Below, piece after piece: positions 30,175 to 39,521 of a DNA stretch of 64,000 nucleotides. The DNA comes from an uncultured Chlamydiae bacterium (GTDB lineage: Bacteria; Chlamydiota; Chlamydiia; Chlamydiales; SM23-39), in contig CAVSSM010000001.1 of the NCBI GenBank assembly GCA_963730605.1, positions 576,001 to 640,000 on the forward strand, written 5' to 3'. A model generated the notes under the pieces. It did no database searches. It saw nothing but the letters and a program-made list of their open reading frames with translations, and was not told the origin of the DNA. Position numbers and translations under genes: made by a program. Numbering within the stretch: the stretch's first letter is position 1; each line of letters opens with the position of its first letter.

Positions 30175-30209
30175 AGGCCATTGGGGGGGAGGCAAGGGGT
30201 CTGAAATGA
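30171..30209 (+). pseudogene. Internally deleted copy of the racemase gene (MKAIGGEARGLK)
   Basis: The first 5 and last 6 codons of 23005..23673 are joined in frame across a G7 run. Confidence 0.75.
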
Positions 30210-30222
30210 ATTCTATGGTCTT

Positions 30223-30576
30223 TTATAATTCCTTCTTTGCCCTCTTGCGGCCGATCTCGTAGACAGGATAGATATCAATGACCATTTCTTCGTAAGGATG
30301 GGCTTTTTTGATCTCTTCCAGGACGTTCTCAAGAACGTCTTTCGAACAGACCGTTTCAATCCGTTCCTCAGCCACTTCCTCTAGGACACCTTCTTTGCCA
30401 AGATAGGGGTGCGAGCCCTGATTCGGCATAAAGCGGCCGATCCCTTTGCCCGAATAGCTGCAAAACGAATAATTGCCAACTCTCCCCGCTCCAGCGCGGC
30501 CCATAGCTTCTCGCACAGCATCGGCATGGCTTTCAGGCACAGTGAAGACGATGGTCACATCATTTGATGGCTGCAA
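30223..30576 (-). CDS. NIF3/YqfO-like small protein
   Basis: VPESHA..VR.AM..AGAG.VGNYS.CS and HPYEE motifs. Confidence 0.88.
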   Translation of the reverse strand: MQPSNDVTIVFTVPESHADAVREAMGRAGAGRVGNYSFCSYSGKGIGRFMPNQGSHPYLGKEGVLEEVAEERIETVCSKDVLENVLEEIKKAHPYEEMVIDIYPVYEIGRKRAKKEL

Positions 30577-30599
30577 CGGTTGATCTCCTCTATTTCCGT

Positions 30600-31163
30600 C
30601 TATCTTGCAAAATGCTCTCCGAGAAGTGCATCTAATCGAATGTAAGCTGAAACGGGCAGGATCCGCTCTTTGGGGGGAGCGGGCTTTAGTCTTATAAAAT
30701 ATTCATCCACATTTCCGATCTCCAGGATATCATCCACATCAAAATTGCTTACATGATCGAGGATTACGACATCGTCTTTGTGGATCGTCTCCAAACCTTG
30801 GCAAAGCTCGGATTTAGCCCTTCGCACCGCTTCCGGCGCAGCCTCAGCAACATAGAAAGCGCTCTGATGATATTCGGTAAACTCATGGGATTTATAGGCG
30901 CCGAGATTGATAAAGTAGAGCTTCCTAGCAGAATTTACCTCGGTAGCATCTTTCACCAACTCGATTTCATAGCTATCGACATTTTTCAAATGAAGATAGG
31001 AATCGATATGGAACCCTTTTAAATTCCCAAACCATTTCTTAGCAAGCAAGGGATAAGTCTCTTCTATACAAGGGCCAACGACGAACACGACATCGTGCAG
31101 CTCGATATTACACCGGTCCGCGCGTCCGCCGAGATAAACTGCGAATAGTTTTTGTTCCTGCAT
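30600..31163 (-). CDS. DUF1543-like protein
   Basis: Duplicated domain KLFAVYLGG..IELHDV and KLYFINLGAY..EYH, plus HKDD. Confidence 0.8.
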   Translation of the reverse strand: MQEQKLFAVYLGGRADRCNIELHDVVFVVGPCIEETYPLLAKKWFGNLKGFHIDSYLHLKNVDSYEIELVKDATEVNSARKLYFINLGAYKSHEFTEYHQSAFYVAEAAPEAVRRAKSELCQGLETIHKDDVVILDHVSNFDVDDILEIGNVDEYFIRLKPAPPKERILPVSAYIRLDALLGEHFAR

Positions 31164-31165
31164 AA

Positions 31166-32026
31166 TTAGATCGCCTCCTCGATATGAGGGATGAGTTCTA
31201 AGAAGAGCTCATCGGGGTTCTTGTCCGTGTAATCGCCCTTTAACGGGGCCGCGTCACAGTCTGATAGGACTTTCTCCTCAAAAAACAGCTTTTCCAATTG
31301 GATATAGGCGGTCAATGGATCGAATGGGCGGTACTTGTCGATAAGGGAATAATGGAAACAGACCGAAGGGATCCCAAGAGTATCGAGAGCTTTTTGCACG
31401 CCTTTGACTTGGCTCATTTTATCATCGGCAAAAACGACCTTGGAGGGACGAAAATCGGTCTTTGAAAAAAGCTCTAAAATGAGATCGCCTTTATCTTCGA
31501 TGGGGTAGGCAAAGAAAATGCCGCGAGCATAGCTGGGATGCGAAAAAAGGGGGTTGTTTGCACATTTGTCGAAAGAGCTAAAATCAAATCCTGCTTGTTT
31601 AAGATGGGTGACGCTCAATTCTTCACCATCTATACCAAATAGGTCATACCAATGCTCCCTCCCACGAGCTGACAGGCAAAATACGGGCCCATTTTTTTCC
31701 TGCAAAGCCTTCACGCATGCAGGAGCATTGTTTTCGACGGGGACATAAGGAACCCGATTCGCAATGAAGAGGGTGAGTTTGTCATGGATTTGCTCTACCT
31801 GCTCCGGCATTCTGATTTTTGCCATAACATGGCACACATAGCGTCTCCATGCTTTGCCGCCAAGCATGATCGGCGATTCAATAAGCGTTTCATCGATATC
31901 TAGAAAGACAAACGTCTTTGGATCCACTTCCAAAATAAGCTCATCGATCCGATCTATTTCTCGGATCTCTGCCATCAACATCGATTGCAAAAACAGAAGG
32001 GAACCTATGAGAAGCTTTCTGAACAT
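31166..32026 (-). CDS. DUF2608-like HAD-fold exported protein
   Basis: Signal peptide, FLDIDETL, LSAR, KG and FADDK motifs. Confidence 0.78.
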   Translation of the reverse strand: MFRKLLIGSLLFLQSMLMAEIREIDRIDELILEVDPKTFVFLDIDETLIESPIMLGGKAWRRYVCHVMAKIRMPEQVEQIHDKLTLFIANRVPYVPVENNAPACVKALQEKNGPVFCLSARGREHWYDLFGIDGEELSVTHLKQAGFDFSSFDKCANNPLFSHPSYARGIFFAYPIEDKGDLILELFSKTDFRPSKVVFADDKMSQVKGVQKALDTLGIPSVCFHYSLIDKYRPFDPLTAYIQLEKLFFEEKVLSDCDAAPLKGDYTDKNPDELFLELIPHIEEAI

Positions 32027-32058
32027 GGGCAAGGCTTTTTCCAACGATTTTAGCTCTG

Positions 32059-33294
32059 TACTACAGCGTTTCATTAATTTTGCCAATTGTGGGGTAAAGC
32101 TTTTTTAGCTTGATTCTTGCGTCCTCAACTGTGAAGCGCCAGTCTATAACATGCGCATCCTTGTTTCTGCCCTCTAGCCAGGAGGCAACTTCTTTTTTAA
32201 CCTCGACTATGTCTCTTAGGCGTCGGTTTAAACATTGCCTGGAAAGGTGGCTTAATTCGATTTCTGCCATGTTTAACCAGCTCCCATGTTTCGGCGTATA
32301 ACGAAATTCCAGACGGTCTACGATCCTTTTCGCCTCTTTGGGCGGCAGAAGCTCATAAAGAGCAGCACCTGTATGGATATTTAAATTATCGCAGACCAAG
32401 AGGATCTTTTTTGCCTTGGGATAATGCTCCTCTACAAGTTTCTGTATATGTTTGGCCCAATCCAATCGAGTCCTTCTCTCCGAAACATCAATGTATCGTT
32501 TCCCTGTTAGTGGCTCAAAACTCAGCAGAATATTACTCACGCCATTGCGCTCATATCCTGTATCAAAGCGTTCAACCTTACCTCGTTTTGCTGGAATGTT
32601 ATCCAGCTTTCCTGCCTCGTGTTGCTTACTCGACTCATCCATGCAAATCATTGGATATTCTGGATTGTATGGGCACTTATAGAGGCCTAACACATTTTCC
32701 ATTCGGCAAACAAAGTCAGCGTTTTCCTCAGGAGGAATACACCATTCTTTCTTTAGCCAGGGCTTAAGTTCATTTTTTTTAAAGTGCGATGGACTGTGCT
32801 TCTGGAAATAGAATCAATAACTTCTAGCTGAACCAGTCTTTCGCTTAACAATCTCAAGGTCCATTCTTTGCGCCCTTCCGGAGGGGCCCCGCAACATATG
32901 GCAACCAGATGGGCTTCTTGATCACCATCGAGTTTTCTTGGTTTGTATTGGCGATGTTTTTTTCGGTGCAAAGCAGCTTCCAGTCCATCGTTTGCGAAAG
33001 ATTCTCTGACTCGATGTACAGTGCGTTCGTGAATATTCAACCCTGCCGCAATAGCTTTTGCTCTCAAACCCGGCCCCTCTTCACCAGAATCTGCCTGCAA
33101 TAGTATTCGAGCATGAGTGATTGTTTTTGCCTTCTGCTTTCCTTTATGCACAACTTCGAGTAATTGCTTGCGCTGACTAGGTGTTAACTTGACTTTATAC
33201 TTCTTTCGCATACCTGCACTCCCACGAATTTTACAAGGCGTCAAGTATATTTTTTATCAAGAAATTATGTCAAAATTAATGAAACGCTGTAGTA
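32059..33294 (-). mobile_element. IS630-family insertion sequence
   Basis: TA-CTACAGCGTTTCATTAATTTTG inverted at both ends. orfA (HTH, 32753-33211) and orfB (CMDE, CDNLN, HGSWLNMAE) join at an A8 slippery run near 32774-32781. Confidence 0.93.
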
Positions 33295-33299
33295 CAAAG

Positions 33300-33809
33300 T
33301 CCAATCCCATAACCTGCATCGCGGTTCTGACTCTCTTTTGGCCTGCGAAAAATTCTTGTGATTTCATCGCTACTGTCATCCGCCGCCGCCCGTAATAGAG
33401 ATGCTGAAGATACTCCTCATCGATCGCACGCATGAGTAGCAAAGCCGCTTCTGAAGGTTTTCTTGGCTCATAGTATAACCCTGAGCGGCCAACGCCGAGA
33501 AGTTCACACTGCTCCCTCTTGGAGAATCGGCCTTCTCTTTCGCCTCTTCACTCGTCTTAGAGGCTTTTCTGGACTTTTCAAAAATCTGAACCCCCATCTC
33601 TAAGAAATGCTTTTTCCAATCGGAGAGCACTATGGGGTGTACCCCAAATTCTCCAGCGAGCTGCGTTGCCGTTTTCTCTCCCTTACTTCCATCACCACCT
33701 TGAGCTTGACTCAGGCGAATGCTTCCTCCGAATCCGGGTCATTTTTCTGCCTCCATTTCTTCGGAGGTTATTAGCTTAGACAGTGGTCCGAATTTTTGGG
33801 ACCATTATA
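33300..33809 (-). pseudogene. Degraded IS3-family remnant
   Basis: Fragments LSDWKKHFLE and LMRAIDEEYL..YYGRRRM; TIR-like TAATGGTCCCAAAAATTCGGACCA. Confidence 0.7.
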
Positions 33810-34564
33810 CCAAGAAGTTCGTCGCGACTCGGTTTAATGCCGCCCTGAGTTTTTATTATTTCTTTGGTCTTTCGCGTCCAATGAAAAATATTTGCAAAAA
33901 AATTGATTCCATATAATGCATCCCAGTTCCATTCTTTAGGCAATGAGAAGATTGGTGTTTTTGTTTTTTCAATTAAAAAAGAAAGAATAACATCATCTGC
34001 AGAAAAATCTTGATTAGAGGATAATGTCCATCTTGCTTGCTCTAACAAAATATCTATTCCATGCTGAAAAACAATCACTCCTCCGTTATAGATAGTGGAA
34101 CATGGAAAAGCTCCCTCAATTACTTCATCTTCTTGACGCATTGCGAGCGGCATATTGATTGAACAGTATTCAAATAAATTTCCGAGATAGCATAAGACTT
34201 CGCAGTCTAAATCCAACCATATAGATGTTTTATAAGGAGATTCGAGAAAAGCGAATGGTTTTTTAAACCAAGCTGAGCGAGAAGCCCAATTGAAATTCCA
34301 TTTATCCCATGCATTTTCTAATTCTGAAGAAACCTCTTGTCGGGATTTGATAAAAGATTCATCGAAGCCGACTGCAACGACATCACCGTGTTTTTGACAC
34401 CAAAGCTTTGCTTGCTTTGACATTCCAAAATCGCAAAACAAGACTGGATAGCTGTTATAGAAGGAATATCTCTCCCACCACCAGGGGAGGAGCCATTCTT
34501 GTTGTTGATCGCAGCCGCAGATCACTCCTCGTTCTTCATTGGGATTTCGAGTCCAACGTATCAT
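33776..34564 (-). CDS. Glycosyltransferase-like protein (GT-A, DXD); 3' end runs into an IS end
   Basis: GCDQQQEWLLPWWW, WFKKP, WLDLDCE and YNGGVIVF motifs. Confidence 0.65.
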   Translation of the reverse strand: MIRWTRNPNEERGVICGCDQQQEWLLPWWWERYSFYNSYPVLFCDFGMSKQAKLWCQKHGDVVAVGFDESFIKSRQEVSSELENAWDKWNFNWASRSAWFKKPFAFLESPYKTSIWLDLDCEVLCYLGNLFEYCSINMPLAMRQEDEVIEGAFPCSTIYNGGVIVFQHGIDILLEQARWTLSSNQDFSADDVILSFLIEKTKTPIFSLPKEWNWDALYGINFFANIFHWTRKTKEIIKTQGGIKPSRDELLGIMVPKIRTTV

Positions 34565-34671
34565 GAAAAAAAGCCCATTTTTTTATCATGTTAGGATTTG
34601 GGCCATTTTTGTACAGTGCAGACATGGATCGATTTGGAATGCGCGATCTGTTTTGAAGCGAATATCACTGA

Positions 34672-34846
34672 GAGGGTGTCTACAAAGTGAGGGAACGCCC
34701 GAGTTTTTGGATTATTTTGGCCGCTTTTCGACTTCAAAGCTTGGGGGACCATATACTGCTGTCGATATTGCCCCCCCAAGTCTTGAATCGAAAATCGGCT
34801 CAAAAGAACCGAAAAATCGACAGAAGCTCATTTTGCAGACACCCTC
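34672..34846. mobile_element. MITE family A, copy 3
   Basis: 175 bp, TGA duplication. Confidence 0.9.
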
Positions 34847-34896
34847 TGAGCCAACCATTCCCTCCAAAAATTGACATGACCTTGTAATTGTGCAAG

Positions 34897-35070
34897 TATA
34901 CACAATAACCTGAAAAATTGATTTTTGACGGCGTCGAACAGCCACTCAATTTGAACCCACCTGCATTGCTCAACATATTCAAGTTGAGCTGCTTCGGAGC
35001 CGGCAAAGCCTAATTCAAATGAAGGGCGTCTCTTTGTCAAATTCCCTATTTTTCAGGTTGTTTGCGTATA
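34897..35070. mobile_element. TA-bounded palindromic MITE (ends like 61627 element, core like 36739 element)
   Basis: TATACACAATAACCTGAAAAAT ... ATTTTTCAGGTTGTTTGCGTATA. Confidence 0.85.
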
Positions 35071-35093
35071 TGCTCAAAAATTATGGGTAATCC

Positions 35094-36527
35094 ATGAAAA
35101 GTCCGTCTCAGATGAGTATTATCCAAATTGAGCTGACGAATGCATGTCCTAAACGTTGCTCTAATTGTACTCGATTGCTTTCACACGTCAAAAAGCCATT
35201 TTTTATGGAGCTTGATTTTTTCAAAAAGGCGATCGACAGTCTAGATGGATTCGAGGGCATGGTTGGACTGATGGGGGGAGAACCCACATTGCATCCCGAT
35301 TTTGAAGAAATGGTTGAATACGCCGTTGCAAAAAGGCAGAAGCAATTTCAACCTAGCCTGCAATTTCGAGAGCCTATTGAAGACTTTGGCATGGATTGCG
35401 CTCAAACCTTGCAAAAAATTCATTATCCTCTTGGTCTGTTTTCAATGTGTGGTCCAACTTATTATAAACATTATGAATTGATTCAGGAACACTTTCATTA
35501 TCAGTGTCTCAATGATCATATGAATGAGGGCTTGCATCAGACTCTCTTAACTACTCGAAAGGAATTGTGCATTAGCGATGAAGAGTGGTACCCGTTGCGC
35601 GATGCTTGTTGGGTTCAAAATACTTGGAGCGCTTCTATTACTCCCAAAGGAGCATTCTTCTGTGAAATCGCAGCAGCTTTGGACATGGTATACAATGGTC
35701 CTGGCGGTTGGCCAGTGGAGCCGGGGTGGTGGAAACGGTTGCCAGATCAGTTTGGCAAACAGCTTGATTGGTGTGAACAGTGCGGTGCAGCTCTCAAAAC
35801 TCCTCGACGCAAAGGAAAAGAAGAAATCGAGGATATGAGTCCTCATCATTATGAAAAACTAAAGCAGCTAGGTAGTCCGGCCATCAGAAAGGGCAAGCTT
35901 CAAATACTCGATGTTGAGCAATATAAACCGGAAAACTACACTCCAAATTCTGATTGGTACATGCCCGATAATGAAAAGCTGAGTCGATACAAACAAGATA
36001 ATCCATCGCTTAAGCCAAAGAGAATCGATGCCATCATTCTCTGTAATGGAGTGTCCGAAGATCTATTGCAGATACTCGAGCACACCCTGTCACAAGTCGA
36101 CACGGTGACAGTGGTTGCCGCTGAGGCAGATTCAGCGACCATGGCGATTGTTCAGAAACAACAAGAAAGGATGGTTGATTCTTCTAAACTTCAGTTAGTC
36201 GCCTCATCTCCAGACGATATGCTTCAAGCTGGATTTAATGCAGTAAATCCCAAGGATTGGGTGTTGTTCTTAAATCCAACTTTGCGGTTACCTAGAAATT
36301 ATTCCAAACTCAAAAACATAGTTATCAATCCGGGTTGCCTTTATTACGTGGAGGGCTCCGAAATTGAAGTTTTGGAAGAATCGCAATCGTCTCTTGCGAT
36401 GCCGAGATTCTGTCTGTTCAATGTGCTGGCACGGAGTCTGCGAGGCCGCAAAGTTATTAATAAGGAGAATTTTTTCAATATTTGGCCGGAAGACAAACGG
36501 ATCTCTTTGCATGGCAAGATTGTATAG
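35094..36527 (+). CDS. Radical SAM protein with a degenerate C-terminal GT-like domain
   Basis: CPKRCSNC (CxxxCxxC), GGEPTLHP, further Cys residues (FCE, WCEQC); C-terminal ~170 aa with a Rossmann-like pattern. Confidence 0.8.
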   Translation: MKSPSQMSIIQIELTNACPKRCSNCTRLLSHVKKPFFMELDFFKKAIDSLDGFEGMVGLMGGEPTLHPDFEEMVEYAVAKRQKQFQPSLQFREPIEDFGMDCAQTLQKIHYPLGLFSMCGPTYYKHYELIQEHFHYQCLNDHMNEGLHQTLLTTRKELCISDEEWYPLRDACWVQNTWSASITPKGAFFCEIAAALDMVYNGPGGWPVEPGWWKRLPDQFGKQLDWCEQCGAALKTPRRKGKEEIEDMSPHHYEKLKQLGSPAIRKGKLQILDVEQYKPENYTPNSDWYMPDNEKLSRYKQDNPSLKPKRIDAIILCNGVSEDLLQILEHTLSQVDTVTVVAAEADSATMAIVQKQQERMVDSSKLQLVASSPDDMLQAGFNAVNPKDWVLFLNPTLRLPRNYSKLKNIVINPGCLYYVEGSEIEVLEESQSSLAMPRFCLFNVLARSLRGRKVINKENFFNIWPEDKRISLHGKIV

Positions 36528-36738
36528 ATACATGCATGAAGCCGGATGACATCAACCTACTTAATCGGTTATATTACCTATAAAATAGGTATAGGCATGC
36601 TTGAGTATCTTTTTACTAACAAGAACAAAAACAAAGAAAACGCCCTATAGAACGGGCAAACAAACGAAACGGCGAGGTATACCACAGCATAAATCAGCGC
36701 TGATACACGAATCTATCCAACAAAATTTTCGTCGATTA

Positions 36739-36989
36739 TATACTGCTCAAAAAAAGTGAATCTGCCGGCGTCGGACAGCCACTGAATTTGAGACCCCACC
36801 TGCACCCCACCCCAAAGACGATGCGTCTTCGGGAACCCCGGCGCTAAACTTTTCAAGTTTAGCTGCTTCGGCGCCGACTTCGTCTGGCTCAAATTCAGGG
36901 CGCTGCTATGCACAAAAAATGTTCATTCAAGAACCTTTTGTGTGATTTCGCAGTGGCATTTTTCACTCTTTTTGATCGGTCGCAGTATA
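36739..36989. mobile_element. TA-bounded palindromic MITE carrying a nested 30-bp hairpin
   Basis: TATACTGC..TCAAAAAAAGTGAA / TTCACTCTTTTTGA..GCAGTATA; core homologous to 34927-35028. Confidence 0.82.
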
Positions 36990-37064
36990 GTCGCTTTGAA
37001 TCCGCCTCGCCGAAGCGGCTTTTCCTCCAACGGATTCAGGTTAAAACCCAATTCCATATTTAAG

Positions 37065-38892
37065 CCTGACTTTGACACTTTGATCACCTAAAAACACATA
37101 AGAATTTGATTCTCAATATCTATCGAAAAAAATATGTTGTGCCTAAATAATTTTATTTTCATAAATATAATTTTGTAGTACATTGTTGTGCCATGTATGT
37201 AAGACTCAAGTCGTCAAAGAGCTCAAGGCACTCTACTCTCCAGATTGTTGAAGGCATTCGGGAGGGGAAAAAAGTTAGGCAGCGAGTAGTTGCATCTCTC
37301 GGCATTGTCAACGATCAAAAAAACCTGAAGAACCTTTTGAAGTTGGCTGAGAGTTTAATTCGGAAAATCGAAGAGCAGGGGCTCTCTGTCGCTCCTAAAG
37401 TTGAGATCAGCAAGCTCTTTCATACCATGACGGTTTACGATGGGTTCGGGACTGTCGTTAGCAGACTGATGCAGCTGACAGGGTTTTCCAAGATCCTTCG
37501 AGAAGCTCAGGGGAAAAACGAGTTCGATCTCGAAGAGACAATCAAACTGATGATCACCCAACGTCTCGATTTACCCAGCAGTAAACTACGAACATACGAG
37601 CGTCAAGTGGACCATGGTTTCGAGGGGATCGATTTGCATCATCTCTATCGGGCAATGGACACGATCGAGCCATTGAATGGTCAGATTCAAGAACAGGCAT
37701 TTAAATCTGCTTGTTCCATAAATAGTTGCCAAGTTGATTGCTTTTTCTTCGATGTAACAACACTGTATTTCGAGAGTATAACGCAAGATGAACTCAAGGA
37801 TTTTGGCTTTAGCAAAGATCAAAAACATCACAACGTACAGATCGTTTTGGCTCTCGTTGTTGATCAAGAGGGACTGCCACTTGCTTACGATACCTTCAAG
37901 GGCAATCTAGCAGAGACAAAAACACTCATCCCCGTACTCGAGTCGCTGAGGAGTCGTTTCTCTGTTCAGAACGTGACTGTGGTTTGCGATAGAGGGCTGG
38001 CAAGTAGTGCAAACGTCCAAGCTCTCCGAGCTGCTCAGTTTCATTACGTCATTGCTACAAAACTCCGTTCCATCTCGAAAAAACTCAAAATCAATGACCT
38101 ATCAGCTTATGTCCCTCTGCCCAACCAAGACGGCATCCCGGAGGCTGAGCGAGTTTTAGTTCGCACTATGGAGCATCCCCAGTATGAGGATGCCCTACTG
38201 ATTGCAACGTACAGTCCAAGCAGAGCAACAAAGGACAAACAGGACCGAGAACGGCTATTGCAAAAACTGCACAATAAAATAACCGATTCTCCAAACGAAG
38301 CCTCCCTTAAAAAAGTGATCAGTAATGCAGGTTATAAAAAATATACTACCGTTAAAACTGGTTCGTCGATCTCTCTCAATCAAGCAGCGATAGATGCCGA
38401 TGCTGCCTGGGATGGTTTTCATGGGATTGCAGTTTCGAATAGTGCAAAGTTGAATACGACAGAAGCGCTGGGGCGCTACCGAGACCTCTGGCATGTTGAA
38501 GAGACATTTCGCGTGGCTAAATCCACTCTTAAAACCAGACCTATTTTTCATTGGGCACCACACAGAATCCAAGCCCACATCCTCCTCTGTTTTATTACCC
38601 TATTTTTCGAGAGATTTTTGGAGGTTCTCCTACGACAGAAAAGCACGCCGCTTACGCCGGATAGAATCAGGTACTCTCTCTCAAAAGTTCATACGATGTA
38701 TTTCAAAGACTCAACCACAGACAAACAAGGAAAAATGGAATCCAGTCTCCCTGAGGATGCTGAGAATATTTTCGTAGCATTGGGAATTTCAGCAGAACGC
38801 ACAACCGGAATGAACAACGGATGTTGTGCCTAAATTTTCGTTCTTATCTATTTGTAATCTAATGACTTATCCTAACAAGTGTCAAAGTCAGG
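37065..38892 (+). mobile_element. IS1634-family insertion sequence
   Basis: 16-bp perfect TIR CCTGACTTTGACACTT enclosing a 546-aa DDE transposase. Confidence 0.92.
37193..38833 (+). CDS. IS1634-family transposase
   Basis: FFDVTTLYFE, FGFSKD, VVCDRG, WHVEETFR..K and RPIFH..RI.AH motifs. Confidence 0.92.
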   Translation: MYVRLKSSKSSRHSTLQIVEGIREGKKVRQRVVASLGIVNDQKNLKNLLKLAESLIRKIEEQGLSVAPKVEISKLFHTMTVYDGFGTVVSRLMQLTGFSKILREAQGKNEFDLEETIKLMITQRLDLPSSKLRTYERQVDHGFEGIDLHHLYRAMDTIEPLNGQIQEQAFKSACSINSCQVDCFFFDVTTLYFESITQDELKDFGFSKDQKHHNVQIVLALVVDQEGLPLAYDTFKGNLAETKTLIPVLESLRSRFSVQNVTVVCDRGLASSANVQALRAAQFHYVIATKLRSISKKLKINDLSAYVPLPNQDGIPEAERVLVRTMEHPQYEDALLIATYSPSRATKDKQDRERLLQKLHNKITDSPNEASLKKVISNAGYKKYTTVKTGSSISLNQAAIDADAAWDGFHGIAVSNSAKLNTTEALGRYRDLWHVEETFRVAKSTLKTRPIFHWAPHRIQAHILLCFITLFFERFLEVLLRQKSTPLTPDRIRYSLSKVHTMYFKDSTTDKQGKMESSLPEDAENIFVALGISAERTTGMNNGCCA

Positions 38893-39451
38893 ATTAGACC
38901 AAGATACCCTTGCACTGCGCGTCGCAAAAAAGAAAGGTGCATCTTCATGGAAAAAACCGGTTCTATATACTACTCTTACAACAATCGCAGGATTAGCGAC
39001 AGCCTATCTCTTTTATCAATTGGGTCGTTCTCAAGCTAATTCTTGCCCTGTGTGCACATGCCCGGAAGCTTCCAAACTGCAATCAGAACTATCAAAATGC
39101 CAACAAAAAATACCGGACATTTCCAAACTGCAATCAGAACTATTAAAATGGCAACAAAAAATACCGGACATTTCCAACCTGCAATCAGAATTATCAACAT
39201 ACCAACAAAAGTTCAATAAATGCAAAGACGTCCTCACTAGATTCCGAGACACATGCGAAGACGCCCTCAATAGATACGAAGACGCCTTCACTAGATACGA
39301 AGACGCCTTCACTGGATACAAAGACGCCTTCACTGGATACAAAGGCGCCTTCACTGGATACAAAGACATCTTCAATGTATGCATGGCCTCACACACTGAG
39401 ACTATTGCGGACATCAATAGGATTAGGCTTTCATTACCCAGGGTTAAGTAG
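38879..39451 (+). CDS. Membrane-anchored coiled-coil repeat protein, 5' end probably truncated by IS1634
   Basis: TM helix, CPVCTCP, then 17-aa and 7-aa repeats; the only start codon lies in the IS TIR. Confidence 0.6.
   Translation: MSKSGLDQDTLALRVAKKKGASSWKKPVLYTTLTTIAGLATAYLFYQLGRSQANSCPVCTCPEASKLQSELSKCQQKIPDISKLQSELLKWQQKIPDISNLQSELSTYQQKFNKCKDVLTRFRDTCEDALNRYEDAFTRYEDAFTGYKDAFTGYKGAFTGYKDIFNVCMASHTETIADINRIRLSLPRVK
39071..39382 (+). repeat. Coding tandem repeats: ~3 x 51 bp and 6 x 21 bp
   Basis: TCCAA(A/C)CTGCAATCAGAA at 39071, 39122 and 39173; (G/A)AAGACGCCTTCACT(A/G)GATAC-like units from 39257. Confidence 0.9.
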
Positions 39452-39521
39452 CATGAAGCAAACTAATTGTAGACACCCTCTCAGGAGCAACGGAGAGAGC
39501 ATGCCCTTTTGGTCGAAAGTT

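Noticed and set aside
32059..33294. IS630 as the mobiliser of the TA-bounded palindromic elements
   Set aside because: It shares the TA target, but its TIR (CTACAGCGTTTCATTAAT) matches none of the element ends.
39257..39382. 21-bp repeats as a CRISPR array
   Set aside because: The units are contiguous with no unique spacers, encode in-frame heptads, and no cas genes are present.
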